Source of the DNA: an uncultured archaeon | Lineage (GTDB): Archaea > Aenigmatarchaeota > Aenigmatarchaeia > GW2011-AR5 | NCBI GenBank assembly: GCA_964456345.1 | Contig: CAYVZO010000001.1 | Coordinates: forward strand, 1-57,694 | Reading direction: 5' to 3' | DNA: 57,694 nt | In this document: piece after piece, positions 1 through 10,044 of the stretch | Layout: each line of letters begins with the position of its first letter | How positions within the stretch are numbered: position 1 is the first letter of the stretch | Made by a program: the position numbers and the translations under genes | The notes under the pieces: generated by a model | The model's input: the letters and a program-made list of their open reading frames with translations, nothing else | Told to the model about the DNA's origin: nothing | Databases searched by the model: none

Positions 1-510
1 ATTCCTACTGTCTCACTTAGATACTTCAATGTATATGGTCCTAGACAATCTTTATCAAACCCTTATGCTGGTATTATTGCTATTTTCATTAATAGAATAA
101 AGAATAACAAACCTCCTATGGTTTTTGAGGATGGAAAACAGACAAGGGATTTTGTTTCTGTGCATGACATAATTGATGCTAATATTCTTGCAATGGAAAA
201 AGATGCAGCAAATTATGAGATATTTAACGTTGGGACTGGAAAGGGAACAAGTGTATTGGAAATTGCTAGAATTCTGACAAGGTTATATGGAAAAGATGTT
301 GAACCTTATGTATCAGGAAAGTTCAGAAAGGGGGATGTAAGGCACTGTATAGCCGATATAAGTAAAATAAAGAGATTCCTAGGGTGGCAACCAAAAATAG
401 ATCTAGTGAATGGGTTAAAAGAAATTATAGAATGGTCTAAATCTATAAATTCGGAGGATATTTTTGATAATGCCATAGATGAACTTACTAAAAAGGGGTT
501 GTTAAAATAG
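1..510 (+). CDS. NAD-dependent epimerase/dehydratase (extended SDR), C-terminal part; 5' end outside the window
   Basis: Frame 1 is open from base 1 (IPTVSLRYFNVYGPRQ...) and continuous with the listed ORF 118..510. YFNVYGPRQ and the C-terminal pattern are typical of UDP-sugar epimerase-like SDRs. Confidence 0.8.
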   Translation: MPTVSLRYFNVYGPRQSLSNPYAGIIAIFINRIKNNKPPMVFEDGKQTRDFVSVHDIIDANILAMEKDAANYEIFNVGTGKGTSVLEIARILTRLYGKDVEPYVSGKFRKGDVRHCIADISKIKRFLGWQPKIDLVNGLKEIIEWSKSINSEDIFDNAIDELTKKGLLK

Positions 511-1614
511 ATTTTTGTATTCAGAAATAAGCTTCTTCACTATTTTCTGTGACTCGAATTCTTTTGATTTCTTATATGCTGCTCTTGACAAAGAGTCTAG
601 TCTTTTTCTATTTGTTTTTTTAATTACGTCGGTTATTTTTTCAGCGTTTTTTGCGTCGATCAAAAATCCTGTTTTACTATCGACTAATTCAGGCAGTCCT
701 CCTACTTTTGTTGCTATAACAGGTGTGGCGTTTGCGTATGCCTCTATAACTACGCGACCGAAAGGTTCTTGCCATAAAGATGGTACAACAAGGATGTCTG
801 CTGCACGGTAATAAAGAGAGAGGTCTTCGTAAGGGACGAATAGGAACAGATTCATGTTTCTTGGCATATTTGACATGAAATCAGGATCATATTCAAGCGA
901 GCCTTTGCCAACTACAAGGAAACTGTAATCAGGTAATTTTTTGGCAAAATCCTTTAGGAGGTGTGCTCCTTTTTTCCGTTCGAGTCCTCCGACAAAAAGT
1001 ATTGCCTTTTCTACACCAAGTCTTTTCTTTGCCTGCTTCTTGGAAAGCTTTGATAATATTTTTTTGTCCACTGGATTGTAGAGCGTCTTTGCCTCTATAC
1101 CCTGTTTTTTGCATTCTTTTGCCATGAAGTTGCTGTTCGTAAGCACAAGGTCGAATTTTTTCAGTTTTTTCTTATATTTATTCTCAAGTAACCTGCTGTC
1201 TCTGACATGGGCCACTTTTTTCGCCTCTGTTCCCACGTCTGCCAAGCCAAGAACAGACTCGAGGTTATGTGCGTGAATTATATCTGGCTTGTTCTTTTCA
1301 AGGTATTTCTCTATCTGTTTCTTGAATACTCTTGCTGAATTATTAACATACAGGAAATGTATGAAATTAAAAACGCTTTTCTTCTGTGCCAGGTTTGACT
1401 TGGTATTAATAGGTGCATGGGAACGGAAAACAAACCTGTGGACATTAACTTTGTTTTCTCTATTCTTTATTTCGTCCCTCCTCGATCCATAATTAGGGGT
1501 TAAGACAGTAACCTTGTGTTTCTTTGCAAGTTCCTCTGCTATTATCTTTGTGCTTATCTCTCCACCACCCCGGACAAATGGTGGATAATACTCTGTTGTG
1601 AAAAGAATGTCCAT
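502..1614 (-). CDS. Glycosyltransferase, GT4 family (GT-B fold)
   Basis: 370 aa. N-terminal YYPPFVRGGGE and C-terminal VVPSLWQEPFGRVVIEAYANATPVIATKVGGLPELV (EX7E region) are typical of GT4 enzymes. Confidence 0.85.
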   Translation of the reverse strand: MDILFTTEYYPPFVRGGGEISTKIIAEELAKKHKVTVLTPNYGSRRDEIKNRENKVNVHRFVFRSHAPINTKSNLAQKKSVFNFIHFLYVNNSARVFKKQIEKYLEKNKPDIIHAHNLESVLGLADVGTEAKKVAHVRDSRLLENKYKKKLKKFDLVLTNSNFMAKECKKQGIEAKTLYNPVDKKILSKLSKKQAKKRLGVEKAILFVGGLERKKGAHLLKDFAKKLPDYSFLVVGKGSLEYDPDFMSNMPRNMNLFLFVPYEDLSLYYRAADILVVPSLWQEPFGRVVIEAYANATPVIATKVGGLPELVDSKTGFLIDAKNAEKITDVIKKTNRKRLDSLSRAAYKKSKEFESQKIVKKLISEYKNLF

Positions 1615-1665
1615 AGATTAGGAAATGGTTAAAAAAGATTTAAACCTTTTAATAATAGAGTTCGT

Positions 1666-2793
1666 ATGAAGATTGCTCTGCTAACAAGCCAGTTCCCTCC
1701 GATAGTCGGCGGTGTTGCAAAGATAACCGAGATGGTAGCAGGTGAGCTTTGCAGACGAGGAAACGAAGTAGAAGTTTATACTGACGTTGGCAAGCATTTC
1801 TTCAAGCACAGGTTTCCAGGAACTAGCCCCACAGAAAAAAGGGGTTTTGTTGTAAAAAGGTACAAATCCCATGATATTTTTCGGGGCTACCATTTTAACA
1901 AAAAGATGGTATGTGACATTATAAAAGAGGATTACGATGTAATACATTCCTATCATTTCGGCTATCTGCCTGCCACGTTTGGTTTAGTAGCCTCGAAGGC
2001 AAGACATATCCCGCATATCTTCACCCCAGAATACCATCCACCTATTTATGGTGTGAGAAGGAAATTGCTTTTCTGGTCTTATCAGTTAACACAAGGGCTT
2101 CCTCTGCTGAGGTTCTCTGACAGGGTTATTGCACTTACCGATTATGAGAAGAGGATGATAATGAAGGTGGGCGCAAAAAAAGATAACATATCAATAATAC
2201 CAAATCCTGTTGATGCAGATTTCTTTAAAAGAGCAAATACCGAAAAAATCAGGAGAAGATACAACCTGAAGAAAAAGGTTGTGCTTTATGCCGGAGGGAG
2301 CAGCAAAACAAAAGGAATGCATATCGTCTTCAAGATGGCTGAAAACCTTGTTAAAAAATGTGACTGTTCTTTCGTTCTCCTCGGCGAGGGTGAACTCCAG
2401 GAAAGCCTCAAAAGGAGGAACAGGAATAAAGACATAATATTCCTTCCATTCGCTGACAGGCAGACTTTAAAGGACTTCTACAGTGTTGCTGACGTGCTTG
2501 CACACCCATCTTATTACGAGGCCTTTGGCATGGTTCTGGCAGAGGCCATGGCCTGCGAGGTTCCCATCGTTTCAACTAAACAGGGGGGTATACCAGAAGT
2601 TGTGGATAATGCAGGCTTTGTTGTGAATTACGGGGATTGGAAAAAGTTCGAGAACCACGTTGAAAAGCTTTTGGAAAGCAGTTCTCTGAGAAAGTCTATT
2701 GGAAAGGCTGCCAGGAAAAGGGTTCTTGAAAAGTTTGATTTAAAACCGGTTGTTAACAGTATAATTGGAGTGTATGAGGGTGTTAGAAAATGA
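1666..2793 (+). CDS. Glycosyltransferase, GT4 family
   Basis: 375 aa. SQFPPIVGGVA at the N-terminus and HPSYYEAFGMVLAEAMACEVPIVSTKQGGIPEVV near the C-terminus. Confidence 0.85.
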   Translation: MKIALLTSQFPPIVGGVAKITEMVAGELCRRGNEVEVYTDVGKHFFKHRFPGTSPTEKRGFVVKRYKSHDIFRGYHFNKKMVCDIIKEDYDVIHSYHFGYLPATFGLVASKARHIPHIFTPEYHPPIYGVRRKLLFWSYQLTQGLPLLRFSDRVIALTDYEKRMIMKVGAKKDNISIIPNPVDADFFKRANTEKIRRRYNLKKKVVLYAGGSSKTKGMHIVFKMAENLVKKCDCSFVLLGEGELQESLKRRNRNKDIIFLPFADRQTLKDFYSVADVLAHPSYYEAFGMVLAEAMACEVPIVSTKQGGIPEVVDNAGFVVNYGDWKKFENHVEKLLESSSLRKSIGKAARKRVLEKFDLKPVVNSIIGVYEGVRK

Positions 2794-3719
2794 ATTCTAT
2801 ATCAGTAGTTATATGCACCAAAGACAGGCCTGACAGTGTAAACCGCCTAGTCAACGCACTAAAAAAACAGAGTTTCAAAGATTTTGAAACTATAGTCGTT
2901 GATACGGGGAACAAAGAAACGGAAAAGGTTTGCAAAGATCAGTCTGTTAAATACATAAAAGAAACCAGGCCAGGCAGGTGCCTTGCTAGGAACATCGGCA
3001 TAGAGAACGCCAAAGGTGATATAATATTCTTTTTTGACGATGACACTGCTCCTGAAGAGAATTACATAAAAAAGATTATGAAGCATTTTGATGATGAATC
3101 TGTCGTAGGGGCAGGAGGCAGAGAGATAACTGTTATTGAAAATGGCAGGGCGAGCATGTCCTTGCTTTCGAAGTTTGAGGCAGTTTTGGTCTATATCCTT
3201 AACCCGTTCATAAAAAACAAGGAGATAGGAATAATAAGGCCAAGCGGCAGGGCAACAGCAAACTTCAACATGGACCCCGGACATACTGTTGACGTCATGT
3301 ACCTCAAGGGGTTTGCGATGGCTTTCAGGAAGAATGCCCTTCTCAGGGCAGGCATGTTCGACGAATGGTACGATAGGGTCGCGCACAGGGAAGAAAACGA
3401 CATATGTGCAAGGATAATCAAAAAAGGTTACAGGATAGTGTACGATCCATCTGCTGTAGTCAAGCATTACCATTCAGAAGCCGGTCGTTCGGACCATTAC
3501 ACAGCAATGTATTGTATGTACAAGCAGCATCAGTACTTCGTGTTCAAGAATGACATGCTGAAAGGGTTCGGATGGATTGAATATCTTTTTGGCGAAGCAC
3601 TGGAATCCATGATGATATTCATTAAACTTTTTATATACAAGGACTGGCGCTTCCTTGGCTTATTCAGGGCCAAGTATGAAGGGATACGCGAAGGTCTCAG
3701 GAGGAAGTGGATGGCATGA
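2790..3719 (+). CDS. Glycosyltransferase, GT2 family
   Basis: 309 aa. ISVVICTKDRPD start and FFFDDD (DXD-type) motif. ATGA overlap with the upstream GT4 gene. Confidence 0.8.
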   Translation: MNSISVVICTKDRPDSVNRLVNALKKQSFKDFETIVVDTGNKETEKVCKDQSVKYIKETRPGRCLARNIGIENAKGDIIFFFDDDTAPEENYIKKIMKHFDDESVVGAGGREITVIENGRASMSLLSKFEAVLVYILNPFIKNKEIGIIRPSGRATANFNMDPGHTVDVMYLKGFAMAFRKNALLRAGMFDEWYDRVAHREENDICARIIKKGYRIVYDPSAVVKHYHSEAGRSDHYTAMYCMYKQHQYFVFKNDMLKGFGWIEYLFGEALESMMIFIKLFIYKDWRFLGLFRAKYEGIREGLRRKWMA

Positions 3720-5089
3720 AAGTGCTTATAATAGGTCTTGATGGAGCTGACCCGGATTTTATAGAAAAGAATAAAAGCCGTCTGAGGAACATCTCCGGCA
3801 TTATTGACAAAGGCATTTCAGGCAAGCTTAGAAGCGTCATACCACCGCTGACGGGTCCTGCATGGACATCTTTCATGACAGGCGTTAACCCCGGAAAGCA
3901 CGGTGTCCATCATTTTATATCAACTGACATAAATTCAGGAGAGGAAAAAATACTGAACTCTGAGATGATAAAAGACAGCAAGAAACTGTGGGATATTCTA
4001 GGTGAAAACCAAAAAAAAGTTACGGTAATAAATGTCCCTGTCACCTACCCTCCTTATCCTGTGAACGGTTATATGGTAACAGGCATGCTCACACCTGACG
4101 AATCGTGTGAGTTCACCTATCCAAAAACACTCAAGAGTGAACTGAAGGATTACAGGATATTTGTTGACTGGATGGATTATTCAAACCTTGAGAAATTTCT
4201 TTCCGACCTCTATGATGTGACGGACAAAAGGGTATCGAACGCGCTTATGCTTATGAACAGGCCCTGGGACTTCTTTATGCTGGTCTTCTCAGGTACGGAT
4301 GTAATACAGCACTTCCTTTTCAAGGAGGAGGACCATGAAAATAAGGGGATTTACGACGAGGCGATATTGAAATACTTCATGTTTATTGACGAAAAAATCG
4401 GTGAGTTAAAGAAAAAGGCAGGAGCTGACGTTGTTTTACTTATGTCAGACCACGGCTTTGGAAAGATACCGAAAAAGGCAGTCAATCTCAACGTATGGCT
4501 TGAGAAGAAGGGTCTGCTGGTATCAAAGAAAAAGACGCTTGACATGAAAGGCGTGTTTTTCGAAATTGCTATGAAGTTCAGAAAACTCAGGAGCATTGCA
4601 CCGAAATCTGTGAAAAGGGTTGCAAAACCGCCTGTTATGGACATCGACTGGCCTAAAACAAAGGCTCATTTTTCCAAGGCCTGGATAAACGTAGGGTACA
4701 TAAAACTCAGCCAGAAAGATGAAGAGCTTAGGAACAGAATAATATCCGAACTAGAAACCATAGAGGACAGCGGTAAACGTGTAATCGACAGCATATACAA
4801 GAAGGGGGACATATATTCAGGCAGACACTTGGACGAGATTCCTGACATCGTCTTTCTTTTTTCTGATGATTATACAGGGTCCCTGAAACCTGTATTCATA
4901 GAGGAAATACCGAAAGACAGGAGACCTGCTGGCCACAGGATTAATGGTTTCTTTGCGATCAGCGGCGAAAAAATAAAGAGAGCCAAAACAGATGCAAGCA
5001 TAATGGATATTGCACCCACTGTACTTGACCTCTTTGGCATAGAAAAGCCCGGGTACATGGACGGTAAAGCACTTGACGTGAGGGGCTAG
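3716..5089 (+). CDS. Alkaline-phosphatase superfamily protein (type I phosphodiesterase/nucleotide pyrophosphatase-like)
   Basis: MKVLIIGLDGADPDF, PPLTGPAWTSFMTG and LMSDHGFG metal-ligand regions. The ATG at 3716 overlaps the TGA of the GT2 gene and is preferred over the GTG at 3707. Confidence 0.7.
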   Translation: MKVLIIGLDGADPDFIEKNKSRLRNISGIIDKGISGKLRSVIPPLTGPAWTSFMTGVNPGKHGVHHFISTDINSGEEKILNSEMIKDSKKLWDILGENQKKVTVINVPVTYPPYPVNGYMVTGMLTPDESCEFTYPKTLKSELKDYRIFVDWMDYSNLEKFLSDLYDVTDKRVSNALMLMNRPWDFFMLVFSGTDVIQHFLFKEEDHENKGIYDEAILKYFMFIDEKIGELKKKAGADVVLLMSDHGFGKIPKKAVNLNVWLEKKGLLVSKKKTLDMKGVFFEIAMKFRKLRSIAPKSVKRVAKPPVMDIDWPKTKAHFSKAWINVGYIKLSQKDEELRNRIISELETIEDSGKRVIDSIYKKGDIYSGRHLDEIPDIVFLFSDDYTGSLKPVFIEEIPKDRRPAGHRINGFFAISGEKIKRAKTDASIMDIAPTVLDLFGIEKPGYMDGKALDVRG

Positions 5090-6105
5090 GAAAAAAGTTT
5101 CTTGTTCTCTGATATCCATTCAAAGGTCTTCTTTATGCCGTCTCTGACACTGGTTTTGGGTTCCCAGGAGAAGTCCTTCTTTGCCTTTTTTATGTCGCAA
5201 TAAAATACCTTCTGGTCAGCAGGCCGCCAGTCAGAAAATTTGTATGTTATTCTTCTGCCTGTCAGCTCCTCCAGTAATGCTATCAATTCCAAGATGGATA
5301 TTGTATTCTCTCTGCCACCGCCTATGTTATAAACTTCGCCTGAAAATTCCTTTATCTTTTTGGTTTGCTTCTCGAAAAGCTCTGCCAAATCATGTATAAA
5401 AAGTATGTCACGTACCTGCTTTCCATCTCCGTAAATCGTAAGCAGCTTGTTGTTTATTGCAGATAGTATGAAGTGGACAACCCAACCCTGGTCAGTCGAG
5501 CCGAATTGTCTCGGGCCGTAAATACAAGACTGTCTGTTAGTTATAGTATTGATACCGTATATGGAAGCATAATCCCTTGTATACTGGTCAGCTGCAAGTT
5601 TTGAAGACCCGTAAGGCGTATGTTCCTTGGCATCAATGGGAAAGCTTTCGTTGACGCCTTCTTCGCCCTCGAAATCGTACCTTTTTTCCTTTTCTTTTAT
5701 AGGTATTTTGTTTACATTGTCTCCGTATACCTTGTTTGTTGAGCAGTAGATTACTGGCAGGTCGTTTTTCCTTGCGGCTTCCAGTACGTTGAACGTGCCC
5801 AAAGCATTTATTTCAAAGTCTTTCCTGGGGTCCTTCACAGATATCGTGACAGCTGTCTGGGCTGCGGTGTGGTATATTATATCACATCCATGGCATGCTT
5901 CTGACAGGAATTTCTCGTCCCTTATGTCGCCGCTGATAATTGTTACGCCTTTCTTGGACTTTAGCCATTCCATGTTCTTTTCAGTGCCTTTCCGGTAAAT
6001 GCTGTCAAAGACCACCACCTCATTCCCGTTGCCTGAGAAATAGTCAGCAAAGTTCGTTCCGATGAAACCGCATCCTCCTGTGATAAAGATTCTGATTCTA
6101 ACCAC
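5086..6105 (-). CDS. NAD-dependent epimerase/dehydratase (sugar-nucleotide epimerase-like)
   Basis: ITGGCGFIGTNF Rossmann motif and YGSSKLAAD (YxxxK). GTG start one nt after the stop of the upstream gene. Confidence 0.85.
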   Translation of the reverse strand: MVRIRIFITGGCGFIGTNFADYFSGNGNEVVVFDSIYRKGTEKNMEWLKSKKGVTIISGDIRDEKFLSEACHGCDIIYHTAAQTAVTISVKDPRKDFEINALGTFNVLEAARKNDLPVIYCSTNKVYGDNVNKIPIKEKEKRYDFEGEEGVNESFPIDAKEHTPYGSSKLAADQYTRDYASIYGINTITNRQSCIYGPRQFGSTDQGWVVHFILSAINNKLLTIYGDGKQVRDILFIHDLAELFEKQTKKIKEFSGEVYNIGGGRENTISILELIALLEELTGRRITYKFSDWRPADQKVFYCDIKKAKKDFSWEPKTSVRDGIKKTFEWISENKKLFS

Positions 6106-6106
6106 C

Positions 6107-7417
6107 CTAAGCAGTCATATTTTCAGGAAAATTAACCCTGAACAGTTTCACTTCGCCTCCCCAGTTTTTGACGAACTCAAAGTGTTCCAGATTAGCTCCG
6201 TTGAATAGGAACATCCTAGTGAACATCGAATTCTCAAGCTCAGGAGGCATGTATATAACGAATTCTTTTCCCGGTGATACCCAGAGAAGCCCCTTGACAT
6301 CTGACTCAGGCTCTACTTTGAAAAGACCTTCATTATTCTGGAAGAAGAATATCTTCTCTATCGTAAGGAATTGCGACCCCTGCTGCAGCACTGCCTGTAT
6401 CTCTTCTTCTGTCTCATACAAAAGGAATGCCTGGTCAGCTCCCATCGGATAGGTATGCACTATGGCATTTTCCAGTATCTTCGGCTGGCTCCTGGAAACT
6501 GTAACATAGAAGTACTTCTGGCCCTTTGGATCGTGGTCAGGATGCCACGTAGCAAAATACGTCCACCACTGGCTCTTGCCTATCAAATCATACGAAGCAA
6601 TATAGTACATCTCGCTGCAGTTTGGTTTCATGTAGTTCTTCAGTATTTCAAGCGCAAGCGTTTCGTTACTTGTAAGCAGAGTCGTACTGATATCCTGGAT
6701 CCTTGCTGTATAAGTTTTGTTGTCCTCTTCGAGGACTATGTGGTTTATCCCGTTGTCGTAGCTTTCTATACTGAGCCCGCTGTTGTCGCCGCCGTCCCTG
6801 ACAAACAGCGCGTTCTGTGAAGCGCCGTCAAACACAACGGCGCGGCGCGCTATGCCTGTTATGAAGTGTCCGGGGTCCCAGTAAGTAGCAACGACTGAGC
6901 ATTCTGCTGTGTTATTCTTTACCCAGTTCAGAGCATCCCACCAGTTGTTGGAAAGTACAGTACCATATGACCTCGGTACGTTCAGAGCCGAAGTAGGCTT
7001 CGACAAGTCAAAATAGAAATAATATGCATGAGTTATTACAAGAAAGGAGAATAGAACTGCAAGCACCGGCTTGGTATCTATGACCTTCCTGTAAAAAAGT
7101 ATTCCCAGGACTATGCCCATGCCTACGAATCCTGTCCACAGGTCCAGAAGCCTGAACAGGAGAAAATTGACTAAGTACAACAAAGGCATGAGGTAGATTA
7201 CAGCCATAAATTCTCTGGTAGCTTCCCTCTTCTGCCTGAGAAAAGCCCATACGACAAAGCCGAAAACTCCGATAACACCGAGTATGAATGCCAGTAATCT
7301 TTTCTGTTCTGTCTTTTTTGCATCAAGGTAAAGCAGCAAACCTGTGATTATGCCGAGTAATGGTATGCATAACTGTACCATTGACAATATAACCGTAATA
7401 AAGATTGCGTTCAGCAT
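6107..7417 (-). CDS. aglB: Oligosaccharyltransferase AglB/STT3, C-terminal half (last TM helices plus WWDYG-type domain)
   Basis: 4-5 N-terminal TM helices, then WWDALNWVKNNT...ATYWDPGHFITG...VFDGASQN, which follows the STT3/AglB pattern around the WWDYG motif. It has its own GGAGG 7 nt upstream of the ATG. Confidence 0.7.
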   Translation of the reverse strand: MLNAIFITVILSMVQLCIPLLGIITGLLLYLDAKKTEQKRLLAFILGVIGVFGFVVWAFLRQKREATREFMAVIYLMPLLYLVNFLLFRLLDLWTGFVGMGIVLGILFYRKVIDTKPVLAVLFSFLVITHAYYFYFDLSKPTSALNVPRSYGTVLSNNWWDALNWVKNNTAECSVVATYWDPGHFITGIARRAVVFDGASQNALFVRDGGDNSGLSIESYDNGINHIVLEEDNKTYTARIQDISTTLLTSNETLALEILKNYMKPNCSEMYYIASYDLIGKSQWWTYFATWHPDHDPKGQKYFYVTVSRSQPKILENAIVHTYPMGADQAFLLYETEEEIQAVLQQGSQFLTIEKIFFFQNNEGLFKVEPESDVKGLLWVSPGKEFVIYMPPELENSMFTRMFLFNGANLEHFEFVKNWGGEVKLFRVNFPENMTA

Positions 7418-7419
7418 TC

Positions 7420-8859
7420 CTAATCCTCCAGTTTCTCGTGCTCAATGAAGTATTTCGAAATTTTTGAAATTATTATCGCGGACCCCAGTATGATAGGCGA
7501 GGCCAGCATTATCGAGAACCTCAGCGCAAATATAGTGGCAATGAAAGGTCCGAGGAACCATATTGAAAGAAAGATGAAAGCATTGAGATGCGCCTTGCTT
7601 CTAACGGACTCGAAAAATATTGCCATGATAACCAGGAGGTAGGTGAACACAGCGCCCATAACATATATGTTGTTCACTCCAATTGATACCACAAAAATCA
7701 GAAGAGGTATCAAAAACCACAGCATCTTCATGGTGAGATTATCTGTAAGCTTTTTCTTGTTTATGGAAGCATATGAAAGATAGAAAATTGCGTACATCAT
7801 GAGAAGCATGGGTGAAATGAAGAACGCCACCAACGAAGCGATGAAGCTGGTAACCACGCTAGGCATGTTCTCAGGTGAGACGCTTTCCCAGTCAACATTA
7901 AATGTGAACGAAAACAGGCTTGTTTCCTGGACAACCCGAATCAGGTTTCCTGGCTCTTGCAACTCCTGCACTGACACATAGACGTTCGGGAAACTTGCGC
8001 CTTCTTCTGACTTTATGCCGTGGAACGTCAAAGGACCAAGATATGTCGAGCCGACATATTTAAGACCAAATATCGGAATGGTCAGTGTAAAAAAGATGAG
8101 CATGATTAAAGCGTAATTTATCACGATGTACTTAGTTTTCCTCCACAGGGCCTTTATGTTCCTGGTCAGAATAAATTCATATGCTATAACAGCTATGAAG
8201 AACCCTGTTATAAGCCATACAACCCACCAGTGACCTGTCCATGTAAACCCCCATGCTGCAAGGGCTACGCCTGTAAGCAACGAGAACGGCAGCATCTTCT
8301 TCAGGTTGTTTTTTGAGCTGAACTTGTGGGAGAACAGGAAAAGTGTTATTACAACAAGCGGTATCAGCAGAATTATGGCATCGCTGTCAGGATCTCCGCC
8401 AAGCGTCCGGCGCATTATTGAAGATTCAAATACTACAAAAAGCGCTGCTATGACCCCTGCTCTCCTGTCATAGAGTATTTTTCCAATAAAGTATATAGGT
8501 ACTGCAGCGAAGGAAGCAAGCAGAGGCGGGAACCAGACAAGAAATTCCCATAAAGGCATGTTGTTCATGAACATCCGGAAAAACATATAGGAATATGCGC
8601 CTGCGTATACGTAGAAATTGTGACCTATAAGCTCTCTGTTGACTCCATAGGGCGCCTCAACAAGCGGGTCGTGCTCAGGTATAGTTCCGTTGTTATTGAC
8701 TATATCATCCATCTGCCTGAAGAACGTATATGAATCTATGTTCCTTAGGTAGGGCCAGTTGTAATCAAGAAGCCTGACGTGTACCCCAAAATATATTATT
8801 ATCAGAATTGAAAAAATTACCCAATATTTTTTCAGTAAGTTAAAAATCGGTTTTTTCAT
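7420..8859 (-). CDS. aglB: Oligosaccharyltransferase AglB/STT3, N-terminal transmembrane half
   Basis: 479 aa polytopic protein. Acidic loop motifs NIDSYTFFRQ and GGDPDSDAI, an SVSE/TIXE-like SVQE in a long loop, and LRFSIMLASP late in the sequence. Recognition is at pattern level only. Confidence 0.65.
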   Translation of the reverse strand: MKKPIFNLLKKYWVIFSILIIIYFGVHVRLLDYNWPYLRNIDSYTFFRQMDDIVNNNGTIPEHDPLVEAPYGVNRELIGHNFYVYAGAYSYMFFRMFMNNMPLWEFLVWFPPLLASFAAVPIYFIGKILYDRRAGVIAALFVVFESSIMRRTLGGDPDSDAIILLIPLVVITLFLFSHKFSSKNNLKKMLPFSLLTGVALAAWGFTWTGHWWVVWLITGFFIAVIAYEFILTRNIKALWRKTKYIVINYALIMLIFFTLTIPIFGLKYVGSTYLGPLTFHGIKSEEGASFPNVYVSVQELQEPGNLIRVVQETSLFSFTFNVDWESVSPENMPSVVTSFIASLVAFFISPMLLMMYAIFYLSYASINKKKLTDNLTMKMLWFLIPLLIFVVSIGVNNIYVMGAVFTYLLVIMAIFFESVRSKAHLNAFIFLSIWFLGPFIATIFALRFSIMLASPIILGSAIIISKISKYFIEHEKLED

Positions 8860-8877
8860 GTTATCAATCCTATAGGA

Positions 8878-10044
8878 TTATTTCTTCTTAAACTCTTCTG
8901 TATCAAGCTTTTCCTGTCCGATTATGATCTGGGATTCATCGCTCAGGAAGAAGGAGTTTTTTAAACCCCACCTTTTTGTAAGTTTCCCTATTAATTTTCT
9001 TCCCATACCTATAGGTCGTCCAAACCCTTTCCTGTTGACCTGCCTTATAAGTGTGCAGTTCTTGCCTATTATAGACTCCATTACACGGCCGTAATATTCT
9101 ATAAGGCTGTTTTCCTGCACCATTGAGCCCGAAAGGAACGTGTTCTTTATCTCGCATCCATCTGCTATAGAAGAGTCCTTGATTTCACACTTCGGTCCTA
9201 TCTTGCAGTTCTTGCCGATGGATACACTGCCTGCAAATTTAACAGGCCCTACTATCGTTGCGTTTTCGCCTATTTCCGCGTTCTCTATGCCGGTTATCTT
9301 TTTACCTATTAATACGCCGGAGTTCCTGGGCTTTATTTTCTTAAGGAAGTGGGTATTCGCTTCTAGAAGGTGCTCGGGTCTTCCGACGTCGAACCTACTC
9401 CCTGTAAGCTCTTTACAGCGGACCTTCCGCCCTGCGTCAAGCATGAGCTGTATTGCATCCGTTATTTCATATTCGCCTTTTTTGTTTGGTTCAGCCTTCT
9501 TTATAAAATCGAATATTTCCGGATGGAATATGTAGAAACCTGTTATGACAAATTCGCTCGGTGGATTCTCCGGCTTTTCTATTACCCTGCGCACGTTCCA
9601 GTCGTCGTGAACAACGACGCCGAATTTGCTCGGGTCCTTTTCTTTCTTGACCGAAAGCTCTGCTGAAGGGCCATTTTTATGGAAGTCCTTTACTGTGTTC
9701 TCTAGGTCTCCGTCGAATATCGTATCGCCGAATAAGACTATGAAAGGGCCCTTTATCAGGCTCTTTGCCTGCATTATTGCATGGGCGATACCTAATTGTT
9801 TTCCCTGCTCCACGTAATGCAGTTTCATGCCATAGTCCTTTGATTCCAGGTAATTTATCAGCTCTTCCTTCTTGTATCCTACTATTAAAACTGTTTCTTC
9901 GACTCCGAGCCTTTTTAGCGTATCTAATGTGTAGTCTATTGCAGGCCTGTTGGCCAGCGGTATCATCGCTTTCGGGCAAGTGAACGTATGCGGACGCAGC
10001 CGCATGCCTATGCCTGCTGCTGGTATTACTGCCTGTCTTATCAT
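8878..10044 (-). CDS. Sugar-1-phosphate nucleotidyltransferase with C-terminal left-handed beta-helix domain (GlmU/ST0452-like)
   Basis: AVIPAAGIGMRLRPHTFTCPKAMIPL nucleotide-binding loop, followed by hexapeptide-repeat-like C-terminal region. Confidence 0.8.
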   Translation of the reverse strand: MIRQAVIPAAGIGMRLRPHTFTCPKAMIPLANRPAIDYTLDTLKRLGVEETVLIVGYKKEELINYLESKDYGMKLHYVEQGKQLGIAHAIMQAKSLIKGPFIVLFGDTIFDGDLENTVKDFHKNGPSAELSVKKEKDPSKFGVVVHDDWNVRRVIEKPENPPSEFVITGFYIFHPEIFDFIKKAEPNKKGEYEITDAIQLMLDAGRKVRCKELTGSRFDVGRPEHLLEANTHFLKKIKPRNSGVLIGKKITGIENAEIGENATIVGPVKFAGSVSIGKNCKIGPKCEIKDSSIADGCEIKNTFLSGSMVQENSLIEYYGRVMESIIGKNCTLIRQVNRKGFGRPIGMGRKLIGKLTKRWGLKNSFFLSDESQIIIGQEKLDTEEFKKK

